This document shows positions 20,637 through 29,576 of a stretch of 64,000 nucleotides of DNA, piece by piece. Below the pieces are notes generated by a model. It ran no database searches. It was not told the DNA's origin and worked only from the letters and a program-made list of their open reading frames with translations. The stretch comes from an uncultured Acidobacteriota bacterium (lineage in GTDB: Bacteria; Acidobacteriota; Thermoanaerobaculia; UBA5066). The stretch is from NCBI GenBank assembly GCA_963779415.1, contig CAVZYA010000001.1, positions 1,984,001 through 2,048,000 on the forward strand. Reading direction: 5' to 3'. The number at the start of each line of letters is the position of its first letter. The first letter of the stretch is position 1. A program made the translations under genes and the position numbers.

Positions 20637-21674
20637 ATGAGCGAGCTGCGACACGATCCCCTGAACCGGCGATGGGTCATCGTCTCGACCGACCGGGCGG
20701 CGCGCCCGGGAGACTTCGAGCTCGTTCACGAGGTGCGGGTCGGAAAGGACTCCTGCCCTTTCTGCGAGGGAAGCGAGACCGAGACGCCGCACGAGATCTA
20801 CGCCCTCCGCGACCACGGCACCCCGGGCGACGGGCGCGGGTGGAGCGTCCGTGTCGTTCCGAACCGCTATCCCGCTCTCGCAATCGAGGGGCAGCCCGAC
20901 CGCCGGGCGGCCGGGCCCTACGACCGGATGCACGGCATCGGGGCGCACGAGGTCGTCATCGAGTCGCCGGACCACCATCTCGACCTCGCGAACCAGCCTC
21001 TCTCACATCTCGCGCGGATCAGCTCGGTCTGGAGGTCGCGCATCGTCGACCTGATGAGGGACACGCGCTTCAAGTACGTCCTCCTCTTCAAGAACCACGG
21101 CTCCGCCGCCGGAGCGACGCTCGAGCATCCGCACTCGCAGATCATCGCGATGCCGGTGACGCCACGCGCGATCGCGATGGAGCTGGAGTCGAGCCGGCAG
21201 CACCACCAGCTCAAGGAGCGGTGCCTCATCTGCGATCTGATCGACTTCGGGATCCAGGACGCCTCGCGCGTCATCTTCGTCCACGAGCACTTCGTCGCCC
21301 TCTGCCCCTACGCGTCGCGCTTCCCGTTCGAGATCTTCCTCGCGCCACGGCGCCATCTCCACGACTTCGGGCTGATGCCCGACGATCTCCTCCCCGCCTT
21401 CGCGTCCGCCCTCTCCGAGGCGCTCCGGCGCCTGAAGACGCTCCTCCGGAACCCCGCCTACAACTTCGTTCTCCACACGGCACCGAACGTCCACGCCGAG
21501 CCGAAGCGGACGGGGCACTTCTTCTCCCTCCAGTGGGACTGGCACTGGCACATCGAGATCCTCCCCCGCCTGACGCGGACGGCCGGCTTCGAATGGGGGA
21601 CGGAGTTCCACATCAACCCGACCGCCCCCGAGGAGGCCGCACGCGCGCTGCGCGACGTCGAGCTTCCGGGATGA
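20637..21674 (+). CDS. galT: Galactose-1-phosphate uridylyltransferase family protein
   Basis: ELRHDP, CPFCEG, VVPNRYP, HEVVIES, HPHSQ catalytic motif, HWHIEILP. Confidence 0.92.
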   Translation: MSELRHDPLNRRWVIVSTDRAARPGDFELVHEVRVGKDSCPFCEGSETETPHEIYALRDHGTPGDGRGWSVRVVPNRYPALAIEGQPDRRAAGPYDRMHGIGAHEVVIESPDHHLDLANQPLSHLARISSVWRSRIVDLMRDTRFKYVLLFKNHGSAAGATLEHPHSQIIAMPVTPRAIAMELESSRQHHQLKERCLICDLIDFGIQDASRVIFVHEHFVALCPYASRFPFEIFLAPRRHLHDFGLMPDDLLPAFASALSEALRRLKTLLRNPAYNFVLHTAPNVHAEPKRTGHFFSLQWDWHWHIEILPRLTRTAGFEWGTEFHINPTAPEEAARALRDVELPG

Positions 21675-22072
21675 TCCGTCGCCTCGTCCTCCTTCTGGCC
21701 GCCCTCGCCGTGGCCGCCTGCCACGACACGACGACACCGGTCGAGCCGACTTCGGCGCCCCTCCCCTCGCTCGGCTTTTCGGTCGTCCCGGCGGCCGCAG
21801 GAGACCAGCCGGGGACGCTGACGCTCGAGGGACATTTCTGCCCCTGCTTCGGCGGCTCCGTCGCCGTCACGATCAACGAGACGCCGACCGGAACTCTCGG
21901 CTGCGGGGAGACGAAGGTCTTCCCCGCCGGCTCCCTCCCGCTCCGCCTCCAGATGACGGCGCCGGGGATCCATCCGTTCGACGGGGCGGTCGGAATCCTC
22001 GACATCGGGGGTCCTCCACCGGAGCTGACCGGTGTGCGCCTCGGCATCTGGTGCGCGACGCCGTCCGGATGA
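21671..22072 (+). CDS. Hypothetical lipoprotein
   Basis: MIRRLVLLLAALAVAAC lipobox; ATGA overlap with galT. Confidence 0.6.
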   Translation: MIRRLVLLLAALAVAACHDTTTPVEPTSAPLPSLGFSVVPAAAGDQPGTLTLEGHFCPCFGGSVAVTINETPTGTLGCGETKVFPAGSLPLRLQMTAPGIHPFDGAVGILDIGGPPPELTGVRLGIWCATPSG

Positions 22073-22093
22073 GCGATCCCCTTCTTCAGTCGA

Positions 22094-22183
22094 TGGCGGT
22101 GAGGGTGGGATTCGAACCCACGGTAACCTCTCGGCTACACCGGTTTTCGAGACCGGCCTGATCAACCACTCCAGCACCTCACC
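22094..22183 (-). tRNA. tRNA-Ser(CGA)
   Basis: Cloverleaf with long variable arm; anticodon arm CCGGT-CTCGAAA-ACCGG; GTTCGAATC; encoded CCA; TATACT -10 upstream. Confidence 0.95.
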
Positions 22184-22727
22184 GCGAGCGGCCCAAAGGG
22201 CGCGAAGTATAAGCGAGGGGTCACGGACGATCAATCAGTGACTTACGGGGAGTGAGCCGGATGAACGGGGAGGCGAAAGCCGCAATGGAAGCGGGGTTCC
22301 TCGCGATGCCGGATAGACGCCGCGAAACGTGGAGACCGGCCTCGTGAACGAGCCCTGAACGGAAGATCCGGCGTTCTGTTAGGTCCCGGCCAGCATCGCT
22401 GGAGGGAACCCGCGGCGGCCCCGTTGACCTTTCGCCTGCCCCCCGTTTCCCTCAGTCCCCGGCCTATGCCGACTGCTACGACCCCACGCCCGCAGCTTAT
22501 CTCCTCGTGGATCGATTGCCCGGAGCACGTCATCTCGGGCGCTCATTTCATCTCGTCGATCACCTTCAGTCATTCGGACGCCAGGCGCTCTTGCAGCCCT
22601 AAGAAAACCCGAGGCGCCACTCTTACCCTTTCCATCTCAATATCTTACGAAACTCGGTGGCACCGCATTCTCCCGCATCAAGAGGCCATCACTTGACACC
22701 GTAGCTGCATTCCTACATTCTCAAGGT

Positions 22728-23414
22728 ATGAATGCAGCGCCAGAGCCACTTCCGGCGAGGAACATTGACGTAGGAACCGTATCTTCGGCACTCGATGAAG
22801 CGACCCTCGTGGTCGCCATACAAGACGCAGAACGGAGGATCTCCGACGGAGAAGCCAAGCGTCTTGAGCTCGACCGCTCCATTTCGGCGGCTAGGGAGGA
22901 GAAGCGTCTCCTGGAGCGTCTCTTGGAGATTCGAAGAAAGGGTGCCGTAGAAACCGATCCGATCGCCGAGGGAAATCCCGCGGGAGATCCCCTCAAGTCC
23001 GAGCGCGCTGCTCACCCAGCTGTAGATTCAGTTGTCGCGGAGCTTGAGTCTGCGGGACGACCCATCCACATCTCTGAACTCGTGCGGCTCCTGAAGACGT
23101 GCGACGTCGAAATTCCCGGCGCCGGTACCCAGGCGAACCTCATTAGTCATCTTCGCCGAGACCCGCGCTTGATGCGTTCCTCACGAGGAATGTATGGCCT
23201 AACGAGTTGGGGATTATCCTTCTTTCACAGTACTTCAAGACGTATTCCCTCAGTTCCCCGTGAGTACTGCTGTAGTCGTGGATTGCCTTTCGAAGAGATT
23301 GCATCCGATCTCAGGGTCGGAACGCTAGAAGGCACCCGAGTCAGCCGGGAGTGCTTCGTCTTCGATTCAAAGTCACCGCGATTGCACCGACGGCCGCTAC
23401 AGGTATCCGCGTGA
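22728..23414 (+). CDS. Coiled-coil plus winged-helix (HARE-HTH-like) protein; true 3' end uncertain
   Basis: Heptad-rich N-terminal half, then ELESAGRPIHISELV...ANLISHL..DPRL.R.SRGMYGL..W; TTGACA and TACATT upstream. Confidence 0.55.
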   Translation: MNAAPEPLPARNIDVGTVSSALDEATLVVAIQDAERRISDGEAKRLELDRSISAAREEKRLLERLLEIRRKGAVETDPIAEGNPAGDPLKSERAAHPAVDSVVAELESAGRPIHISELVRLLKTCDVEIPGAGTQANLISHLRRDPRLMRSSRGMYGLTSWGLSFFHSTSRRIPSVPREYCCSRGLPFEEIASDLRVGTLEGTRVSRECFVFDSKSPRLHRRPLQVSA

Positions 23415-24113
23415 CTCTTGGAGAGATCGTCGCCGACTCGGCGGTCGAGGTGCTTTCGTCATTGCGGACAAGTATCGTGGCGTCAAGTCGCTCTGCTTTG
23501 AACGCGACCGTTACTCTGCACACTGTGGTACAAAGGAAAGACGGTCCGGCTGCTCGCTCCGCTTTCAATGATAGGAAGACCGACTGACGTTGCGCTCGTC
23601 TGCACGACGAAAGGATCAGTCTCCCGAAGACCGCGACTTTGAGACCGGAGTTGGAGTTGGGGGTTTCGATAGCGGAGTTCCGGGTAGGAGCTGCCGAGCG
23701 ATACGAGACGCGCCGTTCTTGGGCCAGCGCTTCTGGTCAGACCGTGAAGACTGAGCTTCGAACGGTCCCGGAAGAAGGACAACCGCTGAAGATCAAGATA
23801 GAGGATATTGATCTAGTCAACCAGCGGTACCGTCTTCACAACGGTCTCCTCGAGATCGCCGCAAGGCACAGGTCTCTTAGTCGGTACCTTGGTAGAAAGG
23901 AAGAGAATTTTCCCGGTCAGGATGATGAGCGATTCGGGTGCTGATAGCCGAGATCGTCGCCGACGCTGTATGTGCGGACATCGTGAGCCGAAACGTCGAT
24001 GAGCATCCAGAGAACTACAAGACGCCGACTGGGACCGCTACTACGCGGAGTACAGTGAATACATGACGAAGTTCCTTCCCATCGCTCACCGGATCCAAGT
24101 ACCCGGAGCGTGA
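23351..24113 (+). pseudogene. Fragmented C-terminal part of an unidentified larger protein
   Basis: Protein-like text passes across frames (...HRSLSRYLG..FPGQDD / LIAEIVADAVC / WDRYYAEYSEYMTKFLPIAHRIQVPGA*) with no intact start. Confidence 0.4.
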
Positions 24114-24436
24114 TCGGTACGAGTAGTGGCGTCGCTGGATTCAGACCTCCATTCGTGCTTGACCAGCCTTCCAAGCGGCGAGGAGAACTGGGCGGTCTAT
24201 GGTGGGCCGCGTATCACCTGCGGAATACCGAAAGGAAGTACCCTTCCGCACGGGTCTCGCCTTCGAAGAACGAGCCGCCGTCATGGCGGAGGCGTGGCTC
24301 GGCGCGATGGACGCAGAACCATGATCGTTCTCAGCTGTCTTTTGGCTGGAGGCCGAAAGCGTGCAGGAGTGGAATGCGTCCCGCCCGGGACCTGCGAACG
24401 TTCGATTGAGGGGAGGTAAGGCGAGAGGAAAAAAGG

Positions 24437-24526
24437 TGGCGGACAGGGTGGGATTCGAACCCACGGTAACCTTTCGGCTACACACGGCTTCCAACCGTGC
24501 TCCTTAAACCACTCGGACACCTGTCC
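24437..24526 (-). tRNA. tRNA-Ser(GGA)
   Basis: Anticodon arm CACGG-TTGGAAG-CCGTG; long variable arm; encoded CCA. Confidence 0.95.
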
Positions 24527-24615
24527 GCGCGGCCGGAAGCCCGCGTACCTTGCCCCGAACGGCCGCCGGGGTCAAGCCGAAACGGCCGAAAAGTGCCCGC
24601 GTCTCTCCCGACGTG

Positions 24616-25368
24616 TCAGGCCCGCCCGAAGACGCGGGCGAGGAAGGAGACCAGCTGGGCGAGGAGGTTCGTCTCCGGAAGTCCGGGAGAGGGGAGGACC
24701 GTGGAATGGTCGGCCGACCGCCGCCTCGACTCCAGCGCCGCCACCTCCTCGCGGAGATCTTCCCGCTCGCGCATCCTCATCTTTTCGAAGCCGCCGCTCT
24801 CGAGGAACTCCACGACGGCCGTCAGCTCGCCCCGGTCGAGGAAGACGCCGTCCTTCCGGCAGACGTCGAGGATGACGCCCGACGCCGCGCCGTAGTTCCG
24901 CCGCGTCATCAGTCCGGCGCACGACGGGCATTTCCGGTAGTGGAATCGCGCGGGGCTCTTCTCGGCCTCGAGCGGCTGCTCCCCTTCCACGGCCCGCGCC
25001 GTCGCGCGCGCGTCGGCCCCCTCCACGACCCTCTCGAAGACCTCGTTCGACAGGAAAAGGCCTCCGCAGCGGGCGCATTCGGCGTAGGCGAGAACGCCGG
25101 TCGTCCGGGCGACGAGCGGGACGCGGCAGTCGGGGCACGGCTTTCCCGCCGCCGAGATGGAGAGAACCTCGCGGGGAAGGTCGGCGCCACAGCGGCTGCA
25201 CTTCTCGGCGTCGCGGGGGTTCAGGGTGAAGCACGCGGCGCATCGCCTCGTCGCCAGAAGCGAGCCGCAGAACGGGCAGGAACGGTCGACCTCCGGGACG
25301 GGTGCGCCGCAGGAGGGGCAGCGAAGCGTCGGGGCGGTCGGGGGGTCGAACGACGCCGTCTCGTTCAC
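24616..25368 (-). CDS. Multi zinc-ribbon protein (double zinc ribbon plus TFIIB-type zinc fingers)
   Basis: Seven CxxC pairs; LDVCRKDGVFLDRGEL; GTGA overlap with the upstream gene. Confidence 0.75.
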   Translation of the reverse strand: MNETASFDPPTAPTLRCPSCGAPVPEVDRSCPFCGSLLATRRCAACFTLNPRDAEKCSRCGADLPREVLSISAAGKPCPDCRVPLVARTTGVLAYAECARCGGLFLSNEVFERVVEGADARATARAVEGEQPLEAEKSPARFHYRKCPSCAGLMTRRNYGAASGVILDVCRKDGVFLDRGELTAVVEFLESGGFEKMRMREREDLREEVAALESRRRSADHSTVLPSPGLPETNLLAQLVSFLARVFGRA

Positions 25369-25850
25369 GGCCGGCGGCTGTTCCCGCCACCGACCGGGGA
25401 CGGGAATTTCCGCTCCAGGCGGGGCGCGAGGATGAGGACGAGGAGGATGAGGACCGTCGCGGCGACGATCATGGTCCACGACCCCGCCACCGCGAGGACG
25501 CCCAGCGCCGCCGTCGCCCAGATCGCGGCCGCGGAGGTCAGTCCGTGGACGCTTCGCGCCGATTCCGTGTCTCGGAAGATCTCCCCGGCGCCGAGGAAGC
25601 CGACACCCGTCGCGACTCCCTGGATCACGCGGGAAAGCGCGTCGCTCGAGTGCGGGGCCGCTAGGTGCGCCGGGATCGCCACGAAGAGAGCCGCGCCGAG
25701 GGCGACGAGAGCGTGTGTTCCCATCCCGGCCGGCTTCCCCGCACGGTGGCGGTTCCAGCCGATCGCCGCCCCGGCCAGCGTCGCGAAGACGACCCGGGCG
25801 AGGACCTCGATTTCGGCCCGGCTCGGCACGAGACGAAGGACGTCATCCAC
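25365..25850 (-). CDS. MgtC/SapB family membrane protein
   Basis: AIGWNR...KPAGMGTHALV, SRVIQGVATGVGFLGAG, HGLTSAAAIW. Confidence 0.85.
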   Translation of the reverse strand: MDDVLRLVPSRAEIEVLARVVFATLAGAAIGWNRHRAGKPAGMGTHALVALGAALFVAIPAHLAAPHSSDALSRVIQGVATGVGFLGAGEIFRDTESARSVHGLTSAAAIWATAALGVLAVAGSWTMIVAATVLILLVLILAPRLERKFPSPVGGGNSRRP

Positions 25851-25891
25851 GGCGGGCACCTCTTTCCGGAGCAGGATCGGTTCGTCCCAGT

Positions 25892-26374
25892 TTACCTGTC
25901 CGGACGAGGGCGGGCGGCAGCCCTCTTCTCGCGGAAGAACTCCTTCAGGATCTCCCCGCACTCTCCGGCGAGGACGCCGGCCGTCACATGAAGGCGGTGG
26001 TTCAGCCGCGGGTCGCGGCAGAGGTCCCCGAGCGACCCGGCGAAGCCGGCCTTCGGGTCGGCCGCCCCGTAGACGAGCCGCGGGAGGCGCGAGAGGACGA
26101 TCGCCCCGGCGCACATGGCGCACGGCTCGAGCGTCACGTAGAGCGTGCAGCCGTCGAGGCGCCACGAGCCGACCTTCTTCGCCGCCCGGCGGATCGCGAT
26201 CACCTCGGCGTGCGCCGTCGGGTCGCCGTCCGCCTCGCGCCGGTTCCGCGCCCGCGCGATCAGAGCGCCGTCCCGGACGACGACCGCCCCCACGGGAACG
26301 TCGCGATGAGCGGGGGCCCGCCGCGCCGTCCTCAGCGCCTCCTTCATCCACCGTTCGTCACGGTCCGCTGTCAC
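25892..26374 (-). CDS. tadA: tRNA adenosine-34 deaminase
   Basis: VPVGAVVV, DPTAHAE, TLEPCAMC, DPKAG. Confidence 0.93.
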   Translation of the reverse strand: MTADRDERWMKEALRTARRAPAHRDVPVGAVVVRDGALIARARNRREADGDPTAHAEVIAIRRAAKKVGSWRLDGCTLYVTLEPCAMCAGAIVLSRLPRLVYGAADPKAGFAGSLGDLCRDPRLNHRLHVTAGVLAGECGEILKEFFREKRAAARPRPDR

Positions 26375-26384
26375 CGTCGTGAGC

Positions 26385-27539
26385 TTACGGGATCGGCGGG
26401 AGGGGGCTCTCCTCGCGTCCGCCCGACAACCTCGTCTCGGGTCCGGCCGGCTCTCCCCGCGGGACGAGGACGACCGACGCCGCCATGACGACCGCCGTCA
26501 CGGCCGCGCCCGGCACGAGGCCGAGCTCTTCGCGCGCGGGGCGCGTCACGAGCGCGGTGAGCGGGAATCCGCAGTCGAGAACGACGCGGACGAGCGGTCC
26601 CTCCGCGAGGACGGCGGTGACGTGCCCCGGAAGGTGGTTGCGCTCGGTCCCGTGCGACGGGGGGACGCCACGCTCGAGGAGGACGTCCTCGGCACGGAGA
26701 CAGGCGAAGACCTCGCCCCGGACGCCGACGCGGTCGGCCGCGGCGAGACGCCGGTCGCCGATCGCGACCGTGACGACGCCGTCGCTCTCGGCGATGACGT
26801 GCCCCGGGAGGACGCTCTCGATTCCCGTGACGCGCGCCACGTCCACGTCCGAGGGGCGGCTGAAGACCTCGTCGACGGGACCGACCTGTCGGACCGAGCC
26901 GTCGAGAACGACGGCCACGCGGTCCCCGAGGAGAAGCGCCTCGGCCCGGTCGTGGGTCACGACGACGGACGGCACGTCGAGCGCGGCGAGGAACGCCCGA
27001 AGTCCGCTCCGGAGCGCCTCGCGCGCCGGGGTGTCGAGGGCCGAGAGCGGCTCGTCGAGGAGGAGGAGCCGCGGCCTCGGCGCGAGCGTGCGAGCGAGGG
27101 CGATCCGCTGTCTCTCTCCTCCCGACAGCTCAGACGGATAGCGTTCCGCGAGGGCCCTCATCCCGACGAGGGTGAGGACCTCGTCCGTCCGTCCGGTCCG
27201 CTCCTCGCGCGGAGAGTCCGAGAGGCCGTACGCGACGTTCTTCCGGACGGTCAGGTGCGGGAAGAGGGCATAGTCCTGGAAGAGGACGCCGACGCGCCGC
27301 TCCTGCGGCGGACAAAAGAGGCCCTTCCCCGCGTCGAACCATGTCTCCTCGCCGAAGCGGATCACCCCGGCATCGGGGCGGTCGAGGCCGGCGAGGCACC
27401 GGAGAATCGTCGTCTTTCCCGCGCCCGACGGTCCGAAGAGGACCGTCACGTCGGCGCGCGCCAGGGGAAGGACGAGATCGGCCCGGATGGAAGGCCCTCC
27501 TGGGTAGCGCCGCTCGAAACGGGCCGAGAGGTCGCTCAT
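26385..27539 (-). CDS. modC: Molybdate ABC transporter ATPase with TOBE domain
   Basis: GPSGAGKT, LSGGERQ, LLLDEP, C-terminal TOBE domain. Confidence 0.9.
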   Translation of the reverse strand: MSDLSARFERRYPGGPSIRADLVLPLARADVTVLFGPSGAGKTTILRCLAGLDRPDAGVIRFGEETWFDAGKGLFCPPQERRVGVLFQDYALFPHLTVRKNVAYGLSDSPREERTGRTDEVLTLVGMRALAERYPSELSGGERQRIALARTLAPRPRLLLLDEPLSALDTPAREALRSGLRAFLAALDVPSVVVTHDRAEALLLGDRVAVVLDGSVRQVGPVDEVFSRPSDVDVARVTGIESVLPGHVIAESDGVVTVAIGDRRLAAADRVGVRGEVFACLRAEDVLLERGVPPSHGTERNHLPGHVTAVLAEGPLVRVVLDCGFPLTALVTRPAREELGLVPGAAVTAVVMAASVVLVPRGEPAGPETRLSGGREESPLPPIP

Positions 27540-28216
27540 TCGGAAGGCCAGAGGGCTCCTGCCCGGCGCCTCAGGCCGTAGGTCACGGCGAGGACGACGA
27601 ACGAGAAGCCGAGAAGGAGAAGCGACGTCGCGCCGGCGCTGGCGTAGTCGAGCGCCTGAACGTCGTCGTAGATCGAGATCGAGGCCGTCCGCGTCACCCC
27701 CGGGAGATTCCCGCCCACCATCAGGACGACGCCGAACTCCCCCATCGTGTGGGCGAAGCTGAGAACGAGGCCCGTCACGATCCCCGGCAGCGACAGCGGG
27801 ATGATGACGCGACGGAAGGTCCCGAGCCTCGAGACGCCGAGGCTGAAGGAGGCCTCGAGGAGCCGGCGCGGAACGCGGGCGAAGGCCGCCGCGAAGGGCT
27901 GAACGGCGAAGGGAAGGCTGTAGAGAACCGACGCGACGAGGAGGCCGGCGAAGGTGAACGGCAGCCGGGAACCCGTGAGGCCCTCGACGAGACGGCCGAG
28001 CGGACTCCTCGGGCCCGTCGCGACGAGGAAGTAGAAGCCGAGGACCGTCGGCGGAAGGACGAGCGGCAGGGCGACGACCGCCTCGACGAGGAACTTCCAG
28101 CGGCGCGTCGAGAACGCCACCCAATAGGCGACGGGCAGGCCGACGAGGAGAAGCACGAGCGTCGTCGCCGCCGAGAGGCGCACCGAGAGGGCGACGGCCG
28201 TCCAGTCGAGGCTCAA
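27536..28216 (-). CDS. modB: Molybdate ABC transporter permease
   Basis: LPLVLPPTVLGF, FAHTMGEFG, GGNLPG.TRT. Confidence 0.92.
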   Translation of the reverse strand: MSLDWTAVALSVRLSAATTLVLLLVGLPVAYWVAFSTRRWKFLVEAVVALPLVLPPTVLGFYFLVATGPRSPLGRLVEGLTGSRLPFTFAGLLVASVLYSLPFAVQPFAAAFARVPRRLLEASFSLGVSRLGTFRRVIIPLSLPGIVTGLVLSFAHTMGEFGVVLMVGGNLPGVTRTASISIYDDVQALDYASAGATSLLLLGFSFVVLAVTYGLRRRAGALWPSE

Positions 28217-29013
28217 GGCGCCGGCGGGACGAACCCGAACCTCGCGAGAACGGCCCGCCCCTCGGGACCGATCAGGAATCCCCGGAAGGCCGAGGCGGCC
28301 GAAACCTCCTTCGACCCCTTCAGAACGACGCCGGCCTGGCGCATCGCCGGGTACGAGGAGATCGGAATCTCGACCCACCGTCCCTTCGCCGCCATTCCCG
28401 GAGCGAGGGCGAGCGAGATCGCCACGAGGCCGGCGTCGGCGGCGCCCGACTCGACGAACTGCGCCGCCTGCGCGACGTTCTCGCCGAAGACGAGCCTCTC
28501 CTTCACCGATTCGAAGAGGCCGAGCGACCGGAGCGCCGCCTCCGCCGCGCGGCCGTAGGGCGCGTGGCGGGGGTTCGCGATCGCGATCTTCTTCACCACC
28601 GGATCGGCGAGGGCGGAGGCGCCCAGCCCCTCGATGTCGATCATCGACTCCCGCCGGACCCAGACGACGAGGCGTCCGACCCCGTAGACGAATTCCGAGT
28701 CCGGATCGGCGAGGCCCGCCTTCACGAGCTTCGCCGGGTATTCCACGTCGGCCGAGAGAAAGAGATCGAACGGCGCTCCGTTCGAGATCTGCGCGAAGAA
28801 GTTCCCGGACGAGCCGAATGTCACCTTCACCTCGACATCAGGGCGGCTCTTCCGGAACTCCGGGAGGGCGGTCTCGAGGGCGAATTTCAGGTCCGCGGCC
28901 GCGGCGACGGAGATCTCGGCGGCGGCCGCCGTCCGCGCGCAGACGAGCGCCGCGGCGACGATGGCGCCCCCGTGCGCCCACGCCCCGCCCTTTCCACTCA
29001 CGCCCGCGTTCAA
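28213..29013 (-). CDS. modA: Molybdate-binding protein
   Basis: AAAADL, FGSSG, GAPFDLFLSA, ANPRHAPYG, GENV. Confidence 0.92.
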   Translation of the reverse strand: MNAGVSGKGGAWAHGGAIVAAALVCARTAAAAEISVAAAADLKFALETALPEFRKSRPDVEVKVTFGSSGNFFAQISNGAPFDLFLSADVEYPAKLVKAGLADPDSEFVYGVGRLVVWVRRESMIDIEGLGASALADPVVKKIAIANPRHAPYGRAAEAALRSLGLFESVKERLVFGENVAQAAQFVESGAADAGLVAISLALAPGMAAKGRWVEIPISSYPAMRQAGVVLKGSKEVSAASAFRGFLIGPEGRAVLARFGFVPPAP

Positions 29014-29198
29014 TCCCTTTCTTCAAGTATAAGGGGCGGCGCGTCCTTCCCGCCGCCGCCCGGCCGATTGTCCATCTGGGCTCTTCTCCCCATTGATTCC
29101 GCCGCGCTTCGGCGCCTACGTTGTCTCCGGGCGGAAGGCCGCCTTCTCGAAACGCGTACGTCTTCTTACCGGAGGCCCCACCCCCGCAGGCGGTTGCC

Positions 29199-29573
29199 AT
29201 GATTCTCGGGATCGGGACCGACCTCTTGGACGTCTCGCGGATGGAGCAAGAGCTCCTGAAGGAGAGCGCCGGGCTCAAGGAAGAGGTCTTCACCCCCTCC
29301 GAGATCGCCTACTGCGACGGGAAGCGGTACCCCGCGCGCCATTTCGCCGCGCGCTTCGCGGCAAAGGAGGCTCTCGTCAAGGCGCTCCCCGCCCCGGGCG
29401 TCCTCCCCCTCCTCCGGGACGTCGAGGTGGAGAGGACGCAGACGGGCGCGCCACGTCTCATCCTTCACGGCGAGCTTCGGAATGCCGCCTGGCGGCTCGG
29501 CGTGAAGAAGATCCTCGTCTCCCTCTCCCACACCGGCGGTCTCGCCACGGCGAGCGTCGTCCTCGAGGGGTGA
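29199..29573 (+). CDS. acpS: AcpS-type phosphopantetheinyl transferase
   Basis: GIGTDL, ARFAAKEA.VKA, GAP, VSLSH. Confidence 0.9.
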   Translation: MILGIGTDLLDVSRMEQELLKESAGLKEEVFTPSEIAYCDGKRYPARHFAARFAAKEALVKALPAPGVLPLLRDVEVERTQTGAPRLILHGELRNAAWRLGVKKILVSLSHTGGLATASVVLEG

Positions 29574-29576
29574 GTC

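Larger units (their letters stand above)
22184..24436. mobile_element. Degraded low-GC islet between two tRNA-Ser genes
   Basis: Visibly lower GC, non-host codon usage and gene fragments; no integrase seen. Confidence 0.55.
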
